Shown: positions 18,342 through 28,736 of the stretch, piece after piece
Layout of the letters: each line of letters opens with the position of its first letter
Position numbering within the stretch: the first letter of the stretch is position 1
NCBI GenBank assembly: GCA_044226015.1
Contig: JBGAHS010000005.1
Span: 128,001-192,000 of the forward strand
Length of the DNA: 64,000 bases
Direction of reading: 5' to 3'
DNA from: Candidatus Obscuribacteraceae bacterium
GTDB lineage: Bacteria > Cyanobacteriota > Vampirovibrionia > Obscuribacterales > Obscuribacteraceae
Position numbers and translations under genes: made by a program
The notes under the pieces: generated by a model
Seen by the model: the letters and a program-made list of their open reading frames with translations, nothing else
The model's database searches: none
Told to the model about the DNA's origin: nothing

Positions 18342-19455
18342 AATCTGGAACAGGGTTCTTGAATGGACGCTTTTCTCTCTTTGCGTCAGCCCATTCCTTC
18401 TTAAGGCGCAAGTACCAGGCGCCAGGCGTGCCGGCGTCTTTTATGGTTGGAACCAGTTTTGGTTTCAGCTTCAAGAGGGGCGCCTGTCTGAGCGCAATAG
18501 ACTGATCTTGCCCCAAAAACACAGTGACGAAATATTGGATGATCGGTTCGACGAACTTGGTGCCCGGAATCGTCCAATAGGTCATGTGGTTCAATTCTGT
18601 GTGCGTTTCATCGATTGGAGTTAAGCAACTAATTCCCGCGATAAGTGTGCGTCCCGCAAAAGTGAGGTACTCTCTGCGGCAGCCGGGCAAGCGAAATCCA
18701 AACTCATCCTCGATATATTTTCCAAAGAGTTTATACACGATGGAATGTGCCGATGGTCTATGTTTCACCACCGTCCAGCCGGTTGCATCCGGCACATAGT
18801 GTTTGGTTTTCTCTTTCAACTGTTTAGCTGATCGCCACCACCATGATTTATGTATATAAGGAACGTGCGCAGGGTCGATTAAAGCCAGGGCGGCATAGTC
18901 GATATGCGTTGGAAGTTGCAACGTGGTGCAAGCGCTTTCGTAAAGCATATCGTTCAATCCCGGTGCTTCCGGAACCACGTCTGGAAGATCTTCCTTCTCG
19001 TCGCCGAAGTAAACCCAGATTGTGCCTTTCACTTCGCGCACAGGATATTTTGGAGTTTTGATTTTGCAAACAGGAAATTTTTGGTCTGAGCAGAGCGATG
19101 GAATTTCGGTACAAGTTCCAGCACTATCGAATTTCCAACCATGGAAGGGGCACATTACTTCTTTGCCGTCGAAGTGCCCATCACTCAGTGGAACGGCCTG
19201 GTGAGGACAAATATCCTTCAGCGCAAAAACTTTTCCGTCACTGCGTCTTCCAATGAGAACTGGCTCACCAAGCATGGTCTTGCTTACCATCTGCCCGGGC
19301 TTCAATCTGCTGGACGGTATTGCAAAATACCACATATCTCGCAAAAACCATGTGCCGAGACCGCCCATTTGCGTTGGATTTACAGACTCAAGATCGGAAT
19401 AATCTTGTTCGTCTCGCTTATCAGCTGAAGTCTGACAGTTTAGTGTGCTTGTCAT
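18319..19455 (-). CDS. Rieske non-heme iron oxygenase, alpha subunit (VanA/PAO-like)
   Basis: CPH...CPFH Rieske ligands; DPAHVPYIH and distal QD mononuclear iron ligands. Confidence 0.92.
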   Translation of the reverse strand: MTSTLNCQTSADKRDEQDYSDLESVNPTQMGGLGTWFLRDMWYFAIPSSRLKPGQMVSKTMLGEPVLIGRRSDGKVFALKDICPHQAVPLSDGHFDGKEVMCPFHGWKFDSAGTCTEIPSLCSDQKFPVCKIKTPKYPVREVKGTIWVYFGDEKEDLPDVVPEAPGLNDMLYESACTTLQLPTHIDYAALALIDPAHVPYIHKSWWWRSAKQLKEKTKHYVPDATGWTVVKHRPSAHSIVYKLFGKYIEDEFGFRLPGCRREYLTFAGRTLIAGISCLTPIDETHTELNHMTYWTIPGTKFVEPIIQYFVTVFLGQDQSIALRQAPLLKLKPKLVPTIKDAGTPGAWYLRLKKEWADAKREKRPFKNPVPDSILRWRS

Positions 19456-19707
19456 ACAAAAACCTGTGGATACCAGAGCTTAGTCAGAATTAAGAAAATG
19501 TCTATTTTGACCGTGGATATCGTATTCCCTCTACATGATGGCAGTCAAGGTGTAATATGTAATCAGCAATCTTTCTATGTAGAAGAATTTTCCTAAAACT
19601 CAGCAAATCAGGCTTGGAATCTTAGATGTCAGGCGTGGATAATCCTTACTGGTTAGCAGTGTGATTATTGCGGCCGCTTACTAACTATCCTTCAGGAAGG
19701 ACCATTC

Positions 19708-20232
19708 ATGAACCGAGCTTTGAATATTCTGGCCGCTCTTTCAATCTGTGCTTTCGGCATTGCTCCGGCCCTGGCTGAGGACACCACAGATAGTGCTGTC
19801 AAAACCGAGCAGGTTGCTGAGCAGGCTGGAACTGACAAAAAACTGATTGCAGATGCCGACCCTGCGGCGAAGACTGGCAAGGATGGCAAGGATGGAAAGA
19901 AGGATCCTGCCGCAAAAGGCAAGTCGTCTGGTTCAAGTAACTGGGGCGCCAGGCTTGCTTCATTCACAACAGGCGTGGTGTTCGGTACGCCAATAGCTGT
20001 GGTACGAAGAACTGGAATTGAAATTGTTCAAGGTGAACGTGACCTCATCGGCGACGCTGACAGCTGGTACAAGAAAGCTGCTTACGTATTTCCAGGTTTT
20101 CTGGCTGTTCCTTATGGCGCCATAAGTGGTGGCGTTGGTGGCACTCTCTATGGAGTCAAAAATGCCTGGGCTGGCAGCGCACATGAGCCCTTCGGGAAGG
20201 AAGCCTTCAGCCTAGACGAGATAGGAAACTAG
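19708..20232 (+). CDS. Exported/membrane hypothetical protein
   Basis: AAGGA RBS; signal peptide ending ALA|E; glycine-zipper-like hydrophobic segments. Confidence 0.8.
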   Translation: MNRALNILAALSICAFGIAPALAEDTTDSAVKTEQVAEQAGTDKKLIADADPAAKTGKDGKDGKKDPAAKGKSSGSSNWGARLASFTTGVVFGTPIAVVRRTGIEIVQGERDLIGDADSWYKKAAYVFPGFLAVPYGAISGGVGGTLYGVKNAWAGSAHEPFGKEAFSLDEIGN

Positions 20233-20254
20233 AGATAACCGACTCAGGCGGCAA

Positions 20255-21235
20255 TCAATCCTGAAACTCTTCCCCACAGTAATGAGTGGTGTAGGTGTTG
20301 TATTGATTGACTATTGTTTTCTGGCTTACCTGCTGGTCTAACTTCTTTCCACTTCGTTGTTCGTGTTCGTCAAAGTCACAACGATAATCACTCATCTTTT
20401 TAGTGAGTTCCGAATCTCTTTGCGATTGTATTGCCGCCCAAGCCTGTGCTGTCGTTTTATCCGAAGCTTGTGAAAGGTCAGGAACACCCTGCTCATTGTG
20501 TCTGTAGGCGCCCATTTCTCCTTTTGCTGGAATAACAATAGATTCGAAATCGATTTCTCCATTTCGAGTATTCTCGAAAGTAAACGCGATAAATGGAGAA
20601 CCCTTACTATCTTTTCCGAAGTGCATTGAGTCCGGTGAATTGAAGTCTTGCGAAAGTTCCTTGGCTAGTCGACTCCACGCCCTGTCGTTTGGACTGCTCT
20701 GGAAGAGTTTCTTAATGGAAGCAATGTCTCCACTTCCATAGGCTTGTTCTAGTTTCTTCAGCTGTTCTTTTTGTGTCTGTGTAAGTGCTTTTTGCTCGCC
20801 TTCAGGCGGGTGTCTCGTATCCGAAACCGCCAGCGCATCTACGAACTCTTTCTTTTCGGCTACGGCTTCCTTTTCTAGTTGTGCTCTGCCTTTGCTGTTG
20901 ACCTCGTTTTTTTCGATGTCGATTTTTACGGTAGCAGGCGGGTAGCCAGGCAATTGCTTATCAAAAATAATTTCCTTAGGTGTTCCATCGCTTTTTCGGT
21001 TCAATTTTATAAAAGTGTCGTCTTCAAGCTCTGTCAAAACCGTGTTCAAGATACCAACATCTTTGAGCCAGTCTTTTGTTTCCAAAAGCCGATTTTGAGC
21101 AACCTTGCTGCCGCGCTGTGCATCGTAGGCATCTTGCATCAGCAATTGCTTTCCAAAAAACTTTTCCCGCTCAAGTCCGCTAGTATCGACTGAATCATGG
21201 CTTGAGCTGTCTGTTTTCCCTGAATTGTTGTCCAT
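20255..21235 (-). CDS. Hypothetical protein
   Basis: Long ORF; ATG at 21235 preceded by GAGGGG. Confidence 0.7.
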   Translation of the reverse strand: MDNNSGKTDSSSHDSVDTSGLEREKFFGKQLLMQDAYDAQRGSKVAQNRLLETKDWLKDVGILNTVLTELEDDTFIKLNRKSDGTPKEIIFDKQLPGYPPATVKIDIEKNEVNSKGRAQLEKEAVAEKKEFVDALAVSDTRHPPEGEQKALTQTQKEQLKKLEQAYGSGDIASIKKLFQSSPNDRAWSRLAKELSQDFNSPDSMHFGKDSKGSPFIAFTFENTRNGEIDFESIVIPAKGEMGAYRHNEQGVPDLSQASDKTTAQAWAAIQSQRDSELTKKMSDYRCDFDEHEQRSGKKLDQQVSQKTIVNQYNTYTTHYCGEEFQD

Positions 21236-21355
21236 TTTGCTCCCCTCTGCTGCCAGTCTGAGTCTGTGACCCAGGCAGTGCAAGCAACGTGCAAAGAAAA
21301 CCGCGGCAGTGGGATTAACCGCAATCTATCAGCAAATTCTTGATTTGTGGGAAAT

Positions 21356-21565
21356 TCAGGTACAGGTTTTCTTGGTTTTATTCTTATCGAGTTTTTTTGA
21401 TGCTGGGTCAATCAATTCGTCTACATTTCCCTGGCCCAGTAACAGCGATTTTGCCGCTCTTTTTGTCAGTTCGGTCGCACTCATTTCTGACGTGCTGCAA
21501 AAGCCAGTGTTTGCCTGGTCAATTTTTTTCTTGGTTTCTGCAATCATTTTCTTCAGTTCGCTCAT
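21356..21565 (-). CDS. Small basic hypothetical protein
   Basis: 69 aa ORF with GGAG upstream; protein-like composition. Confidence 0.5.
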   Translation of the reverse strand: MSELKKMIAETKKKIDQANTGFCSTSEMSATELTKRAAKSLLLGQGNVDELIDPASKKLDKNKTKKTCT

Positions 21566-21704
21566 GATGCTGAACTCCGTGTAAATCGTACAAATTATCT
21601 CTTATATCTAATAATATCAGAACTTTGTAATTCGACCACCAGAGAGTCCTTTGCGTTAGAATTTGCGCGCAGGCATTACTTACGTTCGCTTTGGAGCTGT
21701 TTTA

Positions 21705-23486
21705 ATGACAAAATTTGCGTCTACCTGTGTACCGGTTTTCGCTCTGGTATTTGCCATGGTGGCAGGCAGCCTGGCAAGTAATGCATTTGCCAGGTCGAAT
21801 CCGCTTCTCAATGCAAAAACCTATTGCAATCCAATGAACCTTGATTATGCATTTGTACCAGACAAAGACTACGCAAAAAACAACTGTCATCGCTCAACTG
21901 CAGACCCGGTGTGTATTCTGTACAAAGGTCTGTACTATTTGTTTTCGACTAATCAGGAAGGCTATTGGTGGTCGAAAGACCTTTCAAACTGGAATTTTGT
22001 TTCACACTTTTTTAAGCCAAACGCAAGTAACGATCAGGTCTGCGCGCCTGCCGCCTGGCCAAGCAGTAAGGGAGTGCTCTTCCTCCCCTGCGTCGGACAA
22101 TACGATGAAATGCCTCTCTACGTAAGCAAAGACCCGCGTGGTGGCAAGTGGGATGAAGCGACAACTAAGTTTCCTCTGCAAACATGGGACCCTACTCTGT
22201 TCGAAGATGACGACGGCAAATTATATGTCTACTGGGGCTCAAGCAATTTCTATCCTATGTACGGTGCCGAATTAGATCCGAACACCTATCAGGTCAAAGG
22301 TCCTGTGCAGGAGATGCTACGGCTAGAGCCTAATAAACATGGATGGGAACAATTCGGAGAGAACAACCAAAACGGCAAGATGGATCCCTTCATGGAGGGT
22401 GCCTGGATGAATAAGTTCAATGGCAAATACTACTTGCAATATGGTGCGCCTGGAACTGAATGGAATGTTTATGGCGATGGTGTTTACGTTTCGGATAAAC
22501 CCCTGGGACCCTTTGTCTATCAATTGAATAGTCCATTTTCCTGGAAACCTGGTGGCTTTGCCTGTGGTGCAGGCCATGGTGCAACCTTTGAGGACAAGTG
22601 GAAGAATTTATGGCATGTTGGAACCATGGTAATTAGCGTCAAGAATACCTTTGAACGCAGAATTGGTATGTTTCCTGCTGGTGTAGACAAGGATGGTGTC
22701 TTGTTTGCGGATACCGCATTTGGTGACTACCCACACACTCTTCCGACTGCCTCGCGAGATCCACATAAGACCTTCGCTGGGTGGTTTCTTCTTTCTTACA
22801 AGAAGAAAGTCACAGCGTCCGCTAACCCAGAATCAGCTAATTTAGCATTCGATGAAAACATCAAAACATATTGGACCGCTGGGCACTCAAAGCCAGGTCA
22901 GTATTTACAAGTTGACCTTGGAAAATCAATGTCAGTTAATTCTATTCAGGTTAATTATGCTGATGACCAGGCAACCCTATACGGTAAGCAACTGGGGGGG
23001 CGCAGAGCGCATAAGTATAAAATCTGGTCCTCCGATGATGGTGCAAGTTGGAAGGTTTTGGTTGACAAAAGTCACAATACAAAAGAGGTTCCACACGATT
23101 ATGTCGAGCTGTCTCAGCCAATCATGACCCGTTTTCTTAAGCTGGAAAATGTATCTATGCCAACTGGAAACTTTGCAATTTCCGATTTTCGCATCTTTGG
23201 AAAAGGTGGCGAGAAGGCACCAGAAACGGTGCAGAATTTCCGTGTAAACCGTGACGCTGCCGATAGGCGCAACGTCAACTTCAGTTGGAGCCCGGTAGCA
23301 AATGCATATGCCTATGAGCTTTCTTTTGGTATCAAACCAGACAAGCTCTATAGCTCAATGCTTGTGTATGACAAGACCAAGCTTGATTTGCATTCATTGA
23401 ATGTTGATGCTCCGTACTACTTTCAGATACAGTCCGTCAGCGAAAATGGGCTATCAGCCGGTTCTCCTGTAATAGAAGTAAAATGA
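21705..23486 (+). CDS. Exported GH43 glycoside hydrolase with F5/8 type C (CBM32-like) and FN3 domains
   Basis: ADP, WDP..FEDDDG and EGAW catalytic motifs; LQVDLG discoidin motif; C-terminal FN3; ATG 21705 follows GGAG. Confidence 0.9.
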   Translation: MTKFASTCVPVFALVFAMVAGSLASNAFARSNPLLNAKTYCNPMNLDYAFVPDKDYAKNNCHRSTADPVCILYKGLYYLFSTNQEGYWWSKDLSNWNFVSHFFKPNASNDQVCAPAAWPSSKGVLFLPCVGQYDEMPLYVSKDPRGGKWDEATTKFPLQTWDPTLFEDDDGKLYVYWGSSNFYPMYGAELDPNTYQVKGPVQEMLRLEPNKHGWEQFGENNQNGKMDPFMEGAWMNKFNGKYYLQYGAPGTEWNVYGDGVYVSDKPLGPFVYQLNSPFSWKPGGFACGAGHGATFEDKWKNLWHVGTMVISVKNTFERRIGMFPAGVDKDGVLFADTAFGDYPHTLPTASRDPHKTFAGWFLLSYKKKVTASANPESANLAFDENIKTYWTAGHSKPGQYLQVDLGKSMSVNSIQVNYADDQATLYGKQLGGRRAHKYKIWSSDDGASWKVLVDKSHNTKEVPHDYVELSQPIMTRFLKLENVSMPTGNFAISDFRIFGKGGEKAPETVQNFRVNRDAADRRNVNFSWSPVANAYAYELSFGIKPDKLYSSMLVYDKTKLDLHSLNVDAPYYFQIQSVSENGLSAGSPVIEVK

Positions 23487-23488
23487 GC

Positions 23489-23517
23489 AAAAAGAAGGAG
23501 CTGATAAACTCAGCTCC
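23489..23517 (-). terminator. Intrinsic terminator for xfp-glgP (possibly bidirectional)
   Basis: GGAGCTGA-TAAAC-TCAGCTCC hairpin with an A-rich tract on its left. Confidence 0.7.
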
Positions 23518-23542
23518 CCTTAACGCTCTTGGTCTTATGAGT

Positions 23543-26065
23543 CTAGACGCGTAAAGCTGCGTCTGTCTGAATGTATGGTTCGAGCTCAACCGGCACTGCC
23601 TCGACATTCCAGATGTCTTTGCAATACTCTTGAATCGCTCTGTCAGAGGAGAACTTGCCCATTCTGGCAACGTTCAATATAGACATCCGAGTCCACTTGT
23701 CACGATCTTTATAAGCTGCACCGACCCTGTTCTGGCACTCGATGTAAGAGTCGAAATCAGCGAGCAACATATAATCGTCGCTTTGTAATAGAGAATCGAT
23801 AAGAGGTTTGAACATTTCCTTATCTCCTCTGGAGAAATATCCATGCGAAAGCATATCGATTACTTCACGCAGTGAATCGTTCGACCAGTAGAGTTCATAA
23901 GGACGGTAGCCTTCGTATCTGCGTCTTGCTACTTCTGATGCAGTCAGACCAAAGAGGAAGAAGTTGTCCTCGCCCACTTCCTGTCTCATTTCAATGTTTG
24001 CACCATCTAAGGTGCCTATGGTGAGGGCACCGTTGAGTGCAAATTTCATGTTGCCAGTGCCTGATGCCTCTTTGCCGGCTGTTGAAATTTGCTCAGATAC
24101 TTCAGCTGCTGGGTAGATTTTCTGTGCACGTTGAACATTGAAATCTGGAATAAAGACTACTTTCAAGCGATCTTCAATATCTTTGTCGTTGTTGACGACT
24201 TCAGCTACCGAGTTGATAAGCTTGATCATCAGCTTAGCCATCACATAGCCTGGCGCAGCTTTTCCTGCGAATATGAAAGTGCGCGGCGGGTAAATATCAA
24301 GCTTCGGATTCTTCTTCAGGATGTTGTATAAGCGAATAATGTGCAAGACGTTCAAATGTTGTCTCTTATACTCGTGCATTCGTTTTGCTTGAACATCAAA
24401 AATGCTGGCAGGATCAACTATGATGTTGCAATGCTCCTTGATGTACTTGCCGAGAATTTTCTTGCGTTCCAGTTTCACATTCTGCCATTCGGCTTGAAAC
24501 TCTTTGTCAGTCACGAATTGTTCGAGCTTCTTCAATTCGGTTAAGTTGCTTACCCAATTGTTTCCGATCTTCTTCGTTATCAACGTACTCAGCTCTGGGT
24601 TAGAGACCACCATAAATCGTCTTGGAGTTATTCCATTCGTTTTGTTGTTGATCTTCTTTGGCCAGATTTTTGCAAAATCGTGCAACACGTCTTTCTTGAG
24701 CAACTCTGTATGGAGTTGCGCTACGCCGTTTATTGAGTGACTTCCGACACACGCTAAATGCGCCATGCGAACATAGCGTTCTCCACTCTCATCAATAATC
24801 GAGAGGCGGCGAAGCAAGTCTGGGTCATTTGGGAAATCTTGTTTAACTTCGTCAAGGAATCTTCTATTGATTTCGTAAATGATCTCCAAATGGCGTGGAA
24901 GCAGATTGCCGAATAATTGAACCGGCCAACGTTCCAGCGCCTCTGGCAACAGTGTGTGGTTTGTGTAAGCAAAGGTGTTGGTTGTAATCTTCCAGGCATC
25001 GTCCCATGGCACGAGATGCTCATCAACGAGAAGTCTCATCATTTCTGCGATGGCTATTGACGGATGTGTGTCATTCAGTTGTACAGCAAATTTGTCTGCA
25101 AGTGTATAAACTGAATCACCCAGCGAAAGATGGAAACCGATGAAATCTTGAAGCGAGCACGAGACGAAGAAGTACTGCTGTTCAAGACGCAAAATCTTTC
25201 CTTGCGTGACATTGTCGTTTGGATAAAGAACCTTGGACACGTTTTCGGAGAAGACTTTATTTTGCACTGCACCTATGTAATCACCAGCGTTGAATGCATT
25301 GAGATCGAATGATTCTGGTGCTTCGGCTTTCCAGAGCCGAAGCGTATTTGCGGTGTTTTTCTTGTAGCCAGGAACAGGCGTATCATATGGAACGCCATTG
25401 ATTTCTCGATCTGGAATCCATCTGCAGCGGAATCTGCCTTCGTCGTCGATGAAGTTTTCTGTTCTTCCACCGAGCTTGACCACTCTCATTGCCTGCGGTC
25501 TTGGAATTTCCCATGGGTTACCAAAGCGCAACCACTTATCTGTAATTTCGTGTTGCCAGCCATCGCTGATTTCCTGGTCAAAAATTCCGAATTCATATCT
25601 TATGCCATATCCAATTGCTGGAACCTCCAGGCTGGACATTGAATCAAGATAGCAAGCTGCCAGTCTGCCGAGACCGCCGTTGCCCAATCCTGGTTCCTCC
25701 TCTTTCTCAACCAGACCCTCGAAATCTAAGCCCGAGTCTTCAACTGCCTGTTTTACTCTGTCGTAGATGTCCATGTTGACGAGGTTGTTCTCTAACTGAG
25801 GACCCATCAAAAATTCTGCTGACAGATAACAAACAACTTTCACATCTTTCTTGCGATATGTTTGTAGTGTGTTCAGCCAGCGTTGTAGCAATCTGTCTCT
25901 CACCGTGTAGGAGAGAGCCATGTAGTAGTCCAATTGCGTTGCGATTTTCGGAAACTTACCTTGAATGTAAAACAAGTTGTCTGCCATCGCTCTGCGAATT
26001 GTTTCCACGTGCAGCCCGGTACGGTCGTCTTCAACGATTACCTTAGCCGTCGTATTGTCTGCCAT
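23543..26065 (-). CDS. glgP: Glycogen/starch phosphorylase
   Basis: GLGNGGLGRLAAC, QLNDTHP, KRMHEYKRQ and EASGTGNMKF (PLP Lys); ATG 26065 with AAGGAG RBS. Confidence 0.98.
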   Translation of the reverse strand: MADNTTAKVIVEDDRTGLHVETIRRAMADNLFYIQGKFPKIATQLDYYMALSYTVRDRLLQRWLNTLQTYRKKDVKVVCYLSAEFLMGPQLENNLVNMDIYDRVKQAVEDSGLDFEGLVEKEEEPGLGNGGLGRLAACYLDSMSSLEVPAIGYGIRYEFGIFDQEISDGWQHEITDKWLRFGNPWEIPRPQAMRVVKLGGRTENFIDDEGRFRCRWIPDREINGVPYDTPVPGYKKNTANTLRLWKAEAPESFDLNAFNAGDYIGAVQNKVFSENVSKVLYPNDNVTQGKILRLEQQYFFVSCSLQDFIGFHLSLGDSVYTLADKFAVQLNDTHPSIAIAEMMRLLVDEHLVPWDDAWKITTNTFAYTNHTLLPEALERWPVQLFGNLLPRHLEIIYEINRRFLDEVKQDFPNDPDLLRRLSIIDESGERYVRMAHLACVGSHSINGVAQLHTELLKKDVLHDFAKIWPKKINNKTNGITPRRFMVVSNPELSTLITKKIGNNWVSNLTELKKLEQFVTDKEFQAEWQNVKLERKKILGKYIKEHCNIIVDPASIFDVQAKRMHEYKRQHLNVLHIIRLYNILKKNPKLDIYPPRTFIFAGKAAPGYVMAKLMIKLINSVAEVVNNDKDIEDRLKVVFIPDFNVQRAQKIYPAAEVSEQISTAGKEASGTGNMKFALNGALTIGTLDGANIEMRQEVGEDNFFLFGLTASEVARRRYEGYRPYELYWSNDSLREVIDMLSHGYFSRGDKEMFKPLIDSLLQSDDYMLLADFDSYIECQNRVGAAYKDRDKWTRMSILNVARMGKFSSDRAIQEYCKDIWNVEAVPVELEPYIQTDAALRV

Positions 26066-26109
26066 GGTCTCTCCTTTTGGTTTGTATTGTATTCGGACTT
26101 TGCTATTCG

Positions 26110-28515
26110 CTATGGTTCTGAGCGCCACTTCCACTTACGTATTTCAGGCATGTCTTCTCCATGCGCTTCAATATATTGTTTGTGGTCGATGAGTTTGTCC
26201 CTCATCATTTGTTTTGCTCTGGCAGCAACGTAATGCAGTTCTGAGATGCGGTCAATTGCATCCATTGCTAAATGGAATCGGTCAAGGTCGTTCATAACTA
26301 CCATGTCGAATGGCGTTGTTGTGGTGCCCTCTTCCTTATATCCGCGAACATGCAAGTTCTTGTGATTTGCTCTGCGATAGGTGAGCCGGTGTATCAACCA
26401 TGGGTAGCCGTGATAAGCGAAAATTACTGGCTTGTCCTTTGTGAAGATTGAGTCGAACTCTCTATCATTGAGCCCATGTGGGTGCTCGGTGTCTGGCTGC
26501 AGCGTCATCAAATCGACCACGTTCACTACTCGAATCTTGAGGTCGGGTAAACACTGCCGAAGCAAGTCAACCGCCGCGAGCGTTTCCATAGTTGGAATGT
26601 CGCCAGCACAAGCCATCACCACATCTGGTTCGCTACCCTGGTCTGTTGAAGCCCAATCCCAAATGCCGATGCCAGCAGTACAGTGTTTGATTGCCTGATC
26701 CATCGTGAGCCATTGTAATTGAGGCTGTTTACCAGCAACAATTATGTTGATGAAATCGCGACTGCGTAAACAATGATCCATAACACTCAAAAGAGTATTT
26801 GCATCTGGTGGCAGATACACACGAATAATATCTGCTTTCTTATTTACTGCATGATCTATAAAGCCCGGGTCTTGATGGCTAAATCCGTTGTGGTCTTGCC
26901 TCCAGACATGAGAGGTCAGAAGGTAATTTAGCGAAGAAATTGGGCGACGCCAGGGAATTTCTCGCGTTACCTTCAGCCATTTTGCGTGCTGGTTGAACAT
27001 TGAGTCAATAATGTGAATAAAGGCTTCATAGCAAGAAAATAGTCCGTGTCTTCCTGTAAGTAGATAACCTTCAAGCCAACCCTGACACATGTGTTCGCTG
27101 AGAACTTCCATGACTCTGCCGTCATGAGTCAAGTGCTCGTCAGTGGAAAGAATGTCGTCAGCAAAAACTTTTCCTGTGACATCAAACACTGCACCCAGTC
27201 TATTTGACTGAGTTTCATCGGGCCCTACTATTCTGAAGTTCTTGTTCTTTTCATTGAACTTCATCACATCACGCACGAATTCTCCGGCAACGCGAATTGA
27301 CTCTGCATCTGTTCTTCCTGGTGCGGAAACCTCAACTGCGTACTTGCGAAAGTCTGGCATGTGCAATTCACGCAGAAGAACTCCTCCATTTGCGTGAGGA
27401 TTGGCTCCCATTCTGCGGTTTCCGCTTGGAGCAAGCTGCGCTATTTCTGGCTTTATTCTTCCGTTTTGATCGAAGAGTTCTTCTGGTTTATAGCTCTTCA
27501 TCCACTCTTCAAGTTGTTTGATGTGCTCTGGCTTTGTTTTCAATTCTGAAAGAGGAACCTGGTGAGAACGGTGGGTTCCTTCTACCTGTTTTCCATCCAC
27601 AACTTTTGGACCCGTCCAGCCTTTAGGGCTGCGGAGAATTATCATCGGATACAATGGACGTGCTTTGAATTCTTTTGCTGCATCTGACTTGATTTGTTTG
27701 ATATCAGCATAAACAGCATCTAGTGTGGCAGCAAACCACTGGTGCATTGATTTTGGTTCTTCACCTTCAACAAAATATGGTTTGTATCCATATCCGTTAA
27801 ACAAGCTTGTGAGCTCATCATCACTCATTCGAGATAGCACGGTTGGGTTTGCAATCTTATAACCGTTCAGGTGCAGAATTGGAAGAACGATGCCATCGCG
27901 TGATGGGTTGATGAATTTGTTCGAGTGCCAGCTTGCAGCAAGAGGTCCCGTTTCTGCTTCGCCATCACCGACAACACATGCCACAATCAAATCGGGGTTA
28001 TCTAACGCAGCACCATATGCATGTGCTACAGCATAACCAAGCTCACCACCTTCATGAATCGAGCCAGGTGTCTCTGGCGCGACGTGGCTAGGTATGCCAC
28101 CTGGGAACGAAAATTGTTTGAACAATTTTTGCATTCCCTCTTCGTCCTGGGTGATGTTAGTGTAAATCTCTGAATATGTTCCTTCGAGATAAGTATTAGC
28201 TACCAGGGCTGGTCCGCCGTGACCAGGACCTGTAACAAAAATCATGTCCAGGTCATGCTTCTTGATCAATCTGTTTAGATGAACATACATGAAATTGAGA
28301 CCAGGACTTGTTCCCCAATGTCCCAACAAGCGCGGCTTGATGTGCTCGAGTTTTAGTTCTTCCTTGAGCAAAGGATTGTCCAGCAAGTAGATTTGCCCAA
28401 CTGACAGGTAATTAGCAGCGCGCCAGTACATGTCAATTTTGTTCAATTCATCGTCAGCTAAGGGGGTCTTCTGAGAGAGGTCCTCAACGGTTTTATTTAA
28501 GCTGGAGACTGTCAT
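26110..28515 (-). CDS. xfp: Phosphoketolase (XFP/XPK family)
   Basis: [26 protein letters not shown] ThDP motif, [14 protein letters not shown] 28515 with AGGAG RBS. Confidence 0.97.
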   Translation of the reverse strand: MTVSSLNKTVEDLSQKTPLADDELNKIDMYWRAANYLSVGQIYLLDNPLLKEELKLEHIKPRLLGHWGTSPGLNFMYVHLNRLIKKHDLDMIFVTGPGHGGPALVANTYLEGTYSEIYTNITQDEEGMQKLFKQFSFPGGIPSHVAPETPGSIHEGGELGYAVAHAYGAALDNPDLIVACVVGDGEAETGPLAASWHSNKFINPSRDGIVLPILHLNGYKIANPTVLSRMSDDELTSLFNGYGYKPYFVEGEEPKSMHQWFAATLDAVYADIKQIKSDAAKEFKARPLYPMIILRSPKGWTGPKVVDGKQVEGTHRSHQVPLSELKTKPEHIKQLEEWMKSYKPEELFDQNGRIKPEIAQLAPSGNRRMGANPHANGGVLLRELHMPDFRKYAVEVSAPGRTDAESIRVAGEFVRDVMKFNEKNKNFRIVGPDETQSNRLGAVFDVTGKVFADDILSTDEHLTHDGRVMEVLSEHMCQGWLEGYLLTGRHGLFSCYEAFIHIIDSMFNQHAKWLKVTREIPWRRPISSLNYLLTSHVWRQDHNGFSHQDPGFIDHAVNKKADIIRVYLPPDANTLLSVMDHCLRSRDFINIIVAGKQPQLQWLTMDQAIKHCTAGIGIWDWASTDQGSEPDVVMACAGDIPTMETLAAVDLLRQCLPDLKIRVVNVVDLMTLQPDTEHPHGLNDREFDSIFTKDKPVIFAYHGYPWLIHRLTYRRANHKNLHVRGYKEEGTTTTPFDMVVMNDLDRFHLAMDAIDRISELHYVAARAKQMMRDKLIDHKQYIEAHGEDMPEIRKWKWRSEP

Positions 28516-28736
28516 GATAAGTGCTCCTATGAAATTAAGGACCACATTATAGCCGCTTATGTTTGCTGCTTTCTGTCATTTAATGAGCTTGCGCAATGAT
28601 CGCAAAGTTCCGCCTTGCAAAGTGAACCTGATTCATTCCATTGTGAGATGGCAAGCGAACCTGCTCAAGCACGTTCTGTCGGCGCCGCTATTGTCGTCAA
28701 TTTCCACAAATCTTGGAGTAGCGCTGTGCAGGCTTT

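Noticed and set aside
26066..26134. Apparent xfp/glgP overlap in the ORF track
   Set aside because: The glgP start is better placed at ATG 26065 with a strong RBS, which removes the overlap
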